A DNA stretch of 12,763 nt from contig JBKCUU010000129.1 of the NCBI GenBank assembly GCA_046318155.1, positions 1-12,763 on the forward strand, given 5' to 3'. The stretch is from Bdellovibrio sp. GTDB taxonomy: Bacteria; Bdellovibrionota; Bdellovibrionia; Bdellovibrionales; Bdellovibrionaceae. The position numbers were made by a program, and so were the translations under genes. Below, in pieces: positions 1 through 5,953 of the stretch (its first letter is position 1; each line of letters opens with the position of its first letter). The notes under the pieces were generated by a model, which saw nothing but the letters and a program-made list of their open reading frames with translations, had not been told where the DNA came from and did not search any database.

Positions 1-524
1 CATCTGCAGGCCCTGTCATCGACAAAGAAGCTTATGAGCGAATTTTGAAAACGATTGAAGAGTCCAAAAAAGAAAACAAGCTTCTGTTTCAAGGAACGGT
101 TCCTGCGAATGGTTACTTCGTCGCGCCGACCATTTTTACGAATGTGAAGCCGGACTCGAAGTTAGCTCAAGAAGAAATCTTTGGACCCGTTCTTGCGATC
201 ATTCGCGCCAAAGACATCGAGCATGCGATTCAAATCGCCAACGGAACCGAATACGCCTTAACTGGTGGTTTGTTCTCTCGCAGCCCGGACAACATTGAGA
301 AAGTCCGCCAAGAGTTTGAGTGCGGAAATCTCTATATCAACCGTGGAATTACCGGTGCGATGGTCGACCGCCACCCCTTTGGGGGATTTAAAATGTCAGG
401 GATCGGCAGCAAAACAGGCGGTCCCGATTATCTCAAACAGTTTATGGAGCCTCGTGCTGTGACCGAGAATACGATGCGTAGAGGATTTGCTCCCAATGAG
501 GAGAACGACGGCAAAGGTGTTTAA
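1..524 (+). CDS. putA: Bifunctional proline dehydrogenase / P5C dehydrogenase PutA, C-terminal ALDH part (5' truncated by the window)
   Basis: Frame is open from the window edge (SAGPVIDKEAYERIL...). ALDH motifs EEIFGP, YALTGG, PFGGFKMSG and GGPDYL are present, and the C-terminal ENTMRRGFAP is typical of deltaproteobacterial-type PutA. A monofunctional P5C dehydrogenase cannot be excluded because the N-terminus is not visible. Confidence 0.85.
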   Translation, partial: SAGPVIDKEAYERILKTIEESKKENKLLFQGTVPANGYFVAPTIFTNVKPDSKLAQEEIFGPVLAIIRAKDIEHAIQIANGTEYALTGGLFSRSPDNIEKVRQEFECGNLYINRGITGAMVDRHPFGGFKMSGIGSKTGGPDYLKQFMEPRAVTENTMRRGFAPNEENDGKGV

Positions 525-1368
525 GCCCGACGGCCATAACAATCCCAAACAGTGCGCCGCCCAGGTGAGCCGAGTAGGCGACACCGGCGCCGATCTCTTC
601 TGCCGTTGAAAAGTACTGAGCTAAATCTTCGACAAAGTAAAAGGGCAACACCAGCAAGGTCGGCAAATAAATATCGCCCCAGTAGCCTGGTGATGGTGAT
701 AAAAAGTAAAAGAATTTGACCCGCTTGCGACGCTCGAACAAGGCATAAAAAGCCATGACCGCCGACAGCGAGGCACTCGCCCCGACCATGGGTGAAGACG
801 TGTCAGGGCTGGCAAGTAAGAAGAACAAGGCCCCCGCAAAACCGCCAAGCACATAGACGAAGACCAGCAGCGCACTCCCCGAGATGGCTTCGAGCGCGGC
901 ACCAAATATCATCAACATCACCATATTGCCGAGCAGGTGCCAGGCACCTGAGTGCATGAACTGGTAGGTCAGCCAGCTGGTCGGATGTTTTTCTTGTCCA
1001 TGCAAACCAAACATATCGACGGGACGTTTTTTGAGATCGGCTTGAAACTGGTCCAGCTTGAGCTGCCAGGCCTTTAAAGCCACGGCATCTGAAGTCGGAT
1101 CAAAATTGCGGTATTGTTCAAAAAACGACAGATCACGTAAAGCTTGGGTTCCGCGCAACAGAAGCTCGCTCGAGTCCCGAGGGACTTCTTGTTGCTTCAT
1201 CATCGAGTAACTGCGTCCGGCTAGTTTGATCTCGTCTTTACTTAAGTTCAAAATCGGGGCTTGAACCCCATTGGTCAAAAAGAAAAAGAGCAAATTGATC
1301 GAAATCAAGGTCCAGGTGAGGGGTGCTTCATGAAAAAGTCTGAGACCCTTAAGCCACGGAATGATCAC
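442..1368 (-). CDS. Rhomboid family intramembrane serine protease
   Basis: Motifs FMHSGAWHLLGNM, VGASAS (catalytic Ser, nt 772-783) and AYSAHLGGALFG (catalytic His), plus several hydrophobic helices. The GTG start overlaps the upstream stop (GTGA, 1365-1368). Confidence 0.92.
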   Translation of the reverse strand: MIIPWLKGLRLFHEAPLTWTLISINLLFFFLTNGVQAPILNLSKDEIKLAGRSYSMMKQQEVPRDSSELLLRGTQALRDLSFFEQYRNFDPTSDAVALKAWQLKLDQFQADLKKRPVDMFGLHGQEKHPTSWLTYQFMHSGAWHLLGNMVMLMIFGAALEAISGSALLVFVYVLGGFAGALFFLLASPDTSSPMVGASASLSAVMAFYALFERRKRVKFFYFLSPSPGYWGDIYLPTLLVLPFYFVEDLAQYFSTAEEIGAGVAYSAHLGGALFGIVMAVGLKHLCRRSPHWEQILYASYSRSQHEAP

Positions 1369-3086
1369 GGCGACTCTCCAGCAGGATCAGTTTCGGCCGG
1401 AGCCTGGGCTTTTTCGCTCGCGGGCTGACGGTCAGAACCCACCTTGAACCCCATCGACAAGGCCGACTTCGCAAAGATGCCTTGCAATTCGTTTTGAAAC
1501 GGAAGGGACTCGCTTTGCAAAATCTTTTGCGACTTCTCAAGATCTGAGAGGTGTCGGCTGGTGCGTAGCAAATGAAACAAAGCTCTTGTCTGTAAACTGG
1601 GATCGGCGTCTTTTTTGAAGGCGACGCTGCGCAAGTTGTCTAATTTAGTCACATCACTCATCCCGCTCTCGGGAAGTAAGGTCAGAATCAATTTTCCTGA
1701 ATCAGACTCAGGATCAAGTTCCTTGGCAAAAGCTAAGAAAGCCGAGTCCTTGACGTCGCGGCATGCCTTGTCTTCGGCCATCGCCAAGATCCAGTTTGAA
1801 TCAACGATCTCTTCTGGTGAGTTTTTTATCGACGCCTCAAGATCGCGACAATACTTGTAAGAACGGACCGAGCAGTCCTGCGTAATTTCCGAGGAGCAAA
1901 GCCGGCTCGAGAGTTCTCGCTGGGGGCGGGCGCTGAGTTGGTCCCAAATGACCGAGTACCCGCCTTGTGCTTGCTCAAATTTTTTCTCGGCCCACAAAAG
2001 TTTTACTTTTTGCACTTCCATAAATTCAGCCAAATCAAAGTCTGCAGGTATATGGGCCAATTCTTTGCTCCAGGTCTCGGTGTCGTTTGCTTCTTCAGCA
2101 CGTTGGATGCTCATCACGGTACGCGTCCATGAGTTTGTATTGGCGGGTGCGGCCCCTCCTTCATCTGAGGTCCACCAGTCGGCCATCTGACACGCAAAAC
2201 CTTGTGCATCTTTATCGCAAGCTTGCTGAAGGTAGGCTTTTTTTGCGTTCAAATCTTTTTTCTTGGCAACAGCTAAAGCAAAAGCCGCCCAACTCTGATC
2301 GTTTCTTTCGCCCTTCCAAAATGCAAAATCCGTCTCGGTCTCAAGGCATTCAACCGAAAGTGAGCCCGTCAAATAAAGCGCAAGGGCCGCATCCAGTCGG
2401 CCTCCGCCCTCTTCACGCGCAGGCACGTCAGGGCAAAGATATTCGGCATCTGCGAGTTCAGCTTCTTTGTATTGTCCGCGCAGCGCAGCCGAGTAATAGC
2501 GAGTCACGGTTCCAAAAGCCCACACCAGCATGAAGGCTAAGCACAAGGTAAAAAAACCTCGAGTCATTTGGATTTCGAAGCGCTGCGGTCCCCGGATCCC
2601 AACGCTTTTAAGTGTCACGACATCCGTATCGACCGCACGGTCATGAAAGGCCCGTCGCCCTGGGTGCGAGAAAACCTCGAGCAGCGGAATTCCCAAAAGC
2701 AAAAGCTCAAACATAAACAAGAACGACCGCAAGAGAGCCGCATGAAGCGTTGGCGCTCGCTGCGTGTGAATATCGACGACACGTAACTGAAAAAACATTT
2801 GCCCGGGCGTTGCCCCAAGCACCGACCAAAACAAACCTTGAGCGAGGACCGTCAATGCCGCAAAACCAAAAGCGGAGACGCCCAGTAAAACCCAAAACTC
2901 GGCCGAGTCCGGTGCAGCATAGTACCGATACTGGAGCTTCTTGAGCACGGTCGACATCAAAAGCGTAAAAAACGGCCAGAACAAGGAAAAATCGACAACC
3001 ACTGAAAGAAGACGATCAACGATTGGCGCAAGCCGTGCTGTTTTTTTTGAATCAACTTGAGTGAGAGAAAGATCTTCGAAAACCAT
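1365..3086 (-). CDS. RDD family membrane protein with a large Cys-rich helical extracytoplasmic domain
   Basis: N-terminal RDD signature (DRLLSVVVD...GATPGQMFFQLRVV...RRAFHDRAVDTDVV), one further TM segment, then about 370 soluble residues containing 8 Cys. ATG at 3086 is preferred over TTG at 3089. Confidence 0.82.
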   Translation of the reverse strand: MVFEDLSLTQVDSKKTARLAPIVDRLLSVVVDFSLFWPFFTLLMSTVLKKLQYRYYAAPDSAEFWVLLGVSAFGFAALTVLAQGLFWSVLGATPGQMFFQLRVVDIHTQRAPTLHAALLRSFLFMFELLLLGIPLLEVFSHPGRRAFHDRAVDTDVVTLKSVGIRGPQRFEIQMTRGFFTLCLAFMLVWAFGTVTRYYSAALRGQYKEAELADAEYLCPDVPAREEGGGRLDAALALYLTGSLSVECLETETDFAFWKGERNDQSWAAFALAVAKKKDLNAKKAYLQQACDKDAQGFACQMADWWTSDEGGAAPANTNSWTRTVMSIQRAEEANDTETWSKELAHIPADFDLAEFMEVQKVKLLWAEKKFEQAQGGYSVIWDQLSARPQRELSSRLCSSEITQDCSVRSYKYCRDLEASIKNSPEEIVDSNWILAMAEDKACRDVKDSAFLAFAKELDPESDSGKLILTLLPESGMSDVTKLDNLRSVAFKKDADPSLQTRALFHLLRTSRHLSDLEKSQKILQSESLPFQNELQGIFAKSALSMGFKVGSDRQPASEKAQAPAETDPAGESP

Positions 3087-3119
3087 CAAGATCTCATCGG
3101 TTTTTCGAAGATTTCTCTC
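3063..3119 (-). promoter_or_regulatory. Long imperfect inverted repeat spanning the RDD start codon
   Basis: GAGAGAAAGATCTTCGAAAACC (3063-3084) pairs with GGTTTTTCGAAGATTTCTCTC (3099-3119), giving about 20 bp with two small bulges. Confidence 0.7.
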
Positions 3120-3161
3120 GAGGTATTTGTCGCTTGGTCGGCTTGATTTTGTGGGCCTGGA

Positions 3162-3860
3162 TTACTCGGCGGAAACGCGGCCCAGCTCACGATCGGACTG
3201 GACTTTGAGCCCGAGAAAATGGCCGCCGTCATCAAAACGCATGAGAGCTTGGCCCACCACTTCACCTTTGTCTGATAAAAGGGTCCACGTCTCTTCACCG
3301 CGCTCGTTCTTAGCCAAAGTCGATTTCGAAAAACCTTCGGGCATGAGATCACCGTATTGTTTTAAGAACTTTTGGGGGTCTTCAATTTGAACAGGACGAT
3401 CGGCCACTTCCAGTGAATCAATGTACTCGATTTCACGAATCTTCATCGTGTCGGGATTAAGCTCAGACCCCGAAGAAACTAGACGGTACTTACCGGCAAG
3501 AACACCGTAACGGAGATGATCCATCAACGAAATTTTTTGTGAGGTCGACGCGGGTACTCGGTTGGCGAAGTCTTTCTCGGCCAAATGTTTGGCCATCTGA
3601 TGTTCCCACTCGAGATCGCGGAACAAGTTCAAGGGCTGCGCACTCGCAATGGCACGATTAACCTGCTCGATAGAGCGAGGTGAGTTGTCAGAAATAAGAT
3701 AAACTGGCCGCTGCGTTTTCATCACTTGTTCGTTCGAGAAAACGGCAACCAAGATAAACGAGAACAAAGAGAGAGTTAAAAACCAACGTTGTCCCTCCAT
3801 CTTCCTTAGAGCGCGGACGCGTTTGGATTTTTCTTTAGGAAACTGAAGAATTTGACTCAT
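3162..3860 (-). CDS. Hypothetical single-pass membrane-anchored protein (232 aa)
   Basis: ATG at 3860 follows SD-like GAGGGG. A basic N-terminus precedes a TM helix (WFLTLSLFSFILVAVF) and a soluble domain with RAIAS and RVPAS motifs. Confidence 0.8.
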   Translation of the reverse strand: MSQILQFPKEKSKRVRALRKMEGQRWFLTLSLFSFILVAVFSNEQVMKTQRPVYLISDNSPRSIEQVNRAIASAQPLNLFRDLEWEHQMAKHLAEKDFANRVPASTSQKISLMDHLRYGVLAGKYRLVSSGSELNPDTMKIREIEYIDSLEVADRPVQIEDPQKFLKQYGDLMPEGFSKSTLAKNERGEETWTLLSDKGEVVGQALMRFDDGGHFLGLKVQSDRELGRVSAE

Positions 3861-3887
3861 GTGGACTCCCCTCTTCGATCTATCAAC

Positions 3888-3903
3888 TGCGAACCGAGTG
3901 CCA
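3888..3903 (-). promoter_or_regulatory. Sigma-54 (-24/-12) promoter
   Basis: Minus strand reads TGGCAC-TCGGT-TCGCA, with exact GG-N10-GC spacing and one mismatch to TGGCAC-N5-TTGC. It lies about 30 nt upstream of the 3860 ATG. Confidence 0.72.
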
Positions 3904-4000
3904 CGTGACAAGCCTCCTAGATCGAGAAAAGCCCGACAAATCGCTTACGGCTGTGACACCTGACCATCAGCTGGCCGTTTCGCTAAGCTCTGGATTTAGT

Positions 4001-4015
4001 GTCTCAACTTGAGAT
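4001..4015. promoter_or_regulatory. Palindromic site GTCTCA-N3-TGAGAT, candidate upstream activator sequence
   Basis: GTCTCAACTTGAGAT lies about 100 bp upstream of the -24 box, and the same motif recurs at 4817-4831. Confidence 0.55.
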
Positions 4016-4035
4016 CCACAATGCTCCTCACTTTT

Positions 4036-4068
4036 AAAAAAAAAGACCAAGGCCTAAAGACCTTGGTC
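4036..4068 (-). terminator. Rho-independent terminator of the Fis-like gene
   Basis: Minus strand GACCAAGGTC-TTTA-GGCCTTGGTC followed by T9. Confidence 0.88.
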
Positions 4069-4086
4069 CTTGTTGTTAAATGAAAA

Positions 4087-4151
4087 TCGGCCCTGCTCCA
4101 CTTCTTGTGATCATCGATGACCTCTCAGTTCTTTAAGCGGAGACGGTCCGA
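4087..4151 (-). ncRNA. Candidate structured 3'-UTR RNA element
   Basis: Nested stems UCGGACC/GGGCCGA, CUCCGCUU/AAGUGGAG and GGUCA-UCGA-UGAUC. The G-U pairs work only on the minus (transcribed) strand. No known family recognised. Confidence 0.35.
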
Positions 4152-4156
4152 GTTGT

Positions 4157-4591
4157 TTAAGCCGCGCGTTTTTTTCGAGCCATTGAAGGGTCGATTTGGT
4201 ATTGCTTCACTTTGCGGTACAAGGTCGCCCGGCCGATACCCAAAGCTTTGGCAGCTTCTGTGAGGTTGCCGCGGTATTGTACGATGGCGTTCTCGATGGC
4301 CTTAGCCTCGAGTTCATTCATTGTTGCAACTTTAAGATCCGAGGACGAGCTGGAAGATCCAACCGCACCTGGAAATGGAAGAACATTGCTCTTCTCGAGT
4401 GGATTCAATCCGGTCATGAGTGCCGGCATCCCTGTTGACATTTGCGAACGAAAACTGGGATTCTCCATGCCTTCATGCCACTGCATCGGACTAAACGCCT
4501 GAACGTTCACTCCTTGCGCCGTGAAGTAGGTTTTCGCTCTTTCGATTACTTCCGTTTCATCGCTCACGATGTAAACCGTTGTACGTGCCAT
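4157..4591 (-). CDS. Fis-family (HTH_8) DNA-binding protein with a short degenerate receiver-like N-terminus and no AAA+ domain
   Basis: C-terminal TMNELEAKAIENAIVQYRGNLTEAAKALGIGRATLYRKVKQY is the classic Fis/NtrC HTH. SD-like GGGGG lies upstream of the ATG. Confidence 0.88.
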   Translation of the reverse strand: MARTTVYIVSDETEVIERAKTYFTAQGVNVQAFSPMQWHEGMENPSFRSQMSTGMPALMTGLNPLEKSNVLPFPGAVGSSSSSSDLKVATMNELEAKAIENAIVQYRGNLTEAAKALGIGRATLYRKVKQYQIDPSMARKKRAA

Positions 4592-4709
4592 TCTCTTCCC
4601 CCTGTCTAATGTCTCATCTAAATACTCGTCACAAGTTCTCTAAAGACTCTTCAGCCACTGACTTGCGTTTAAACAAATCAGTTTGAGCCAAACATGCCTC
4701 ACCCTGAAC

Positions 4710-4736
4710 CTATCGGCGGTTCATTGTGAGAATTAA
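4710..4736 (-). promoter_or_regulatory. Sigma-28 (FliA)-type promoter
   Basis: Minus strand TTAA-N15-GCCGATAG compared with consensus TAAA-N15-GCCGATAA, about 120 nt upstream of the Fis-like ATG. Confidence 0.65.
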
Positions 4737-4816
4737 GGGCAAGAAAAAAATAAATCTCATTTCATTTTAAAACACGCCTTCAGTCCAGCCATAAGCCTCC
4801 CGTAGGTCGAGCCCAC

Positions 4817-4849
4817 GTCTCATTCTGAGACCCCGTCTAACTTCAAGAC
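4817..4849. promoter_or_regulatory. Tandem 15-bp palindromic binding sites
   Basis: Perfect GTCTCA-TTC-TGAGAC (4817-4831) and degenerate GTCTAA-CTT-CAAGAC (4835-4849). Confidence 0.6.
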
Positions 4850-4885
4850 ACCTACCCCCAATCCCTAGGTCGAAACCAAAAAAAC

Positions 4886-4911
4886 AAAAAGCCCCGCAAA
4901 TGCGAAGCTTT
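4886..4911 (-). terminator. Rho-independent terminator
   Basis: Minus strand AAAGCTTCGC-ATTT-GCGGGGCTTT followed by further T runs. The G-U pairs favour the minus strand. Confidence 0.8.
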
Positions 4912-4941
4912 CATCAAAAAAAAACAAAATGTCCTAAAAAA

Positions 4942-5098
4942 AAGAAAGCCGTCGAAGACGGGCATTCCTAGAAAAGCAAGACCCTCAAAAAGGTCCCGCC
5001 TCAAGAAAGCCGTCGAAGACGGGCATCACAAAAAAAGCGAGACCCTCAAAAAAGTCCCGCCCCAAGAATGCCGTCGAAGACGGCCGCCAAAGACGGCC
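4942..5098 (-). repeat. 61-bp tandem repeat (2 full units plus a partial), each unit with two hairpins
   Basis: Units start at 4942, 5003 and 5064 (AAGAAWGCCGTCGAAGACGG...GCRAGACCCTCAAAAARGTCCCGCCYC). A further hairpin variant GGCCGCCAAAGACGGCC lies at 5082-5098. Confidence 0.9.
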
Positions 5099-5110
5099 AT
5101 CTATGATCAC

Positions 5111-5134
5111 GTAAATCCGCGAAGGCGGATTTAC
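5111..5134. repeat. Perfect 10-bp inverted repeat (REP-like hairpin)
   Basis: GTAAATCCGC-GAAG-GCGGATTTAC. Confidence 0.8.
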
Positions 5135-5171
5135 CAACAAACAGGCACCGCGTGGTCTTCGGCCGAAGTCC

Positions 5172-5693
5172 TTAGCGACGCCCCGACTTAATCTTAATCT
5201 GAAGTTTAGAGATGAGGTGCACAGCCATTTTCTCTTGAACCTTGCACATCTTAAGTTCGTCTTTGCGATACGAACGCTGCGAGGGCGTCAGGGTTCCTGT
5301 CTCGAGTTCCATTTCATAATCCAGCTTGGCTGAACGAATACCTTCGAGTCCTTTGGTCTCTTGTTTAAAGAGTTTGGAGACGCCGCTCACGGGGGCGACT
5401 TCGATCCACTCTTCTTTTTGACGGTACCAAGCCACCATACGCAAAAAGCGGGCTTTATTTTTTGCCAACGTGAATTTGGGATAAGCCGCTTCTTCCAAAT
5501 CCAGGATGTTTTCGATGTCATCCAGGTTGAGGTCGTCATCGAGGTCTTCGAGAAGTCCACTGGCCGCTAGTTTTTCGAGGTGAGCCAGTTCCGCCGCTTC
5601 TTCGCGAGCGGCGGCGTCTCGGGCTTCTTTATCCAAATCGGCGTCAGAGTCTGTCTCTAGGTTATCGATGTTTTCGATCTCGTTGATTGCCAC
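5172..5693 (-). CDS. Hypothetical protein with a very acidic N-terminus and a Lys/Arg-rich C-terminal domain
   Basis: 173-aa ORF with a GTG start and a strong GGGAGG SD. No family recognised. Confidence 0.85.
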   Translation of the reverse strand: MAINEIENIDNLETDSDADLDKEARDAAAREEAAELAHLEKLAASGLLEDLDDDLNLDDIENILDLEEAAYPKFTLAKNKARFLRMVAWYRQKEEWIEVAPVSGVSKLFKQETKGLEGIRSAKLDYEMELETGTLTPSQRSYRKDELKMCKVQEKMAVHLISKLQIKIKSGRR

Positions 5694-5790
5694 GCTGAAC
5701 CCTCCCAGGATTGCTTTTCGATAGATTAAACGATCTCGCCCCCGAAGGAGACGAGTGTGATGAGGAGGCTTTATACACTAAATGAGGACG

Positions 5791-5826
5791 ATGACACAAT
5801 ATGACAAATGCGATGAAAGAATGACA
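5791..5826 (-). promoter_or_regulatory. Phased TGTCAT direct repeats, candidate OmpR/PhoB-type boxes
   Basis: ATGACA at 5791, 5801 and 5821, with ATGAAA at 5813. A -10-like TAGTGT (5780-5775) lies 10 nt downstream on the minus strand. Confidence 0.35.
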
Positions 5827-5901
5827 TGGTGTGTGTGTTGAGTGGGCCTCAAAGACCCTGTTCAGAATATAAAAATTTTGCCACAAGGACTTCTTGCTTT
5901 C

Positions 5902-5930
5902 ATGACATCCCCTCTGAGTTCTCTTAGAAT
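5902..5930 (+). promoter_or_regulatory. Sigma-70 promoter of leuS
   Basis: ATGACA-N17-TAGAAT, followed by SD AAGGGG (5941-5946) and ATG at 5954. Confidence 0.6.
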
Positions 5931-5953
5931 CCTGGCTTTTAAGGGGCACCCGG

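Noticed and set aside
772..783. Inactive rhomboid (GASA instead of GxSG)
   Set aside because: The catalytic Ser and His are both present, and Ala after the Ser is a minor variation.
3094..3121. Internal sigma-28 promoter for the RDD gene (TCGAG...ACCGATGA)
   Set aside because: Both boxes are degenerate and the spacing is off by one, so it cannot be supported without TSS data.
3861..3911. Longer N-terminus (TTG at 3911) for the 3162 ORF
   Set aside because: ATG 3860 has a good SD, and the extension overlaps the sigma-54 promoter.
4942..5098. CRISPR array (palindromic repeat with 61-bp period)
   Set aside because: The would-be spacers are near-identical to each other, there are only about 2.5 units, and no cas genes are in the window.
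5694..5953. T-box or attenuator upstream of leuS
   Set aside because: There is no T-box consensus or terminator, and the predicted promoter leaves only a very short leader.
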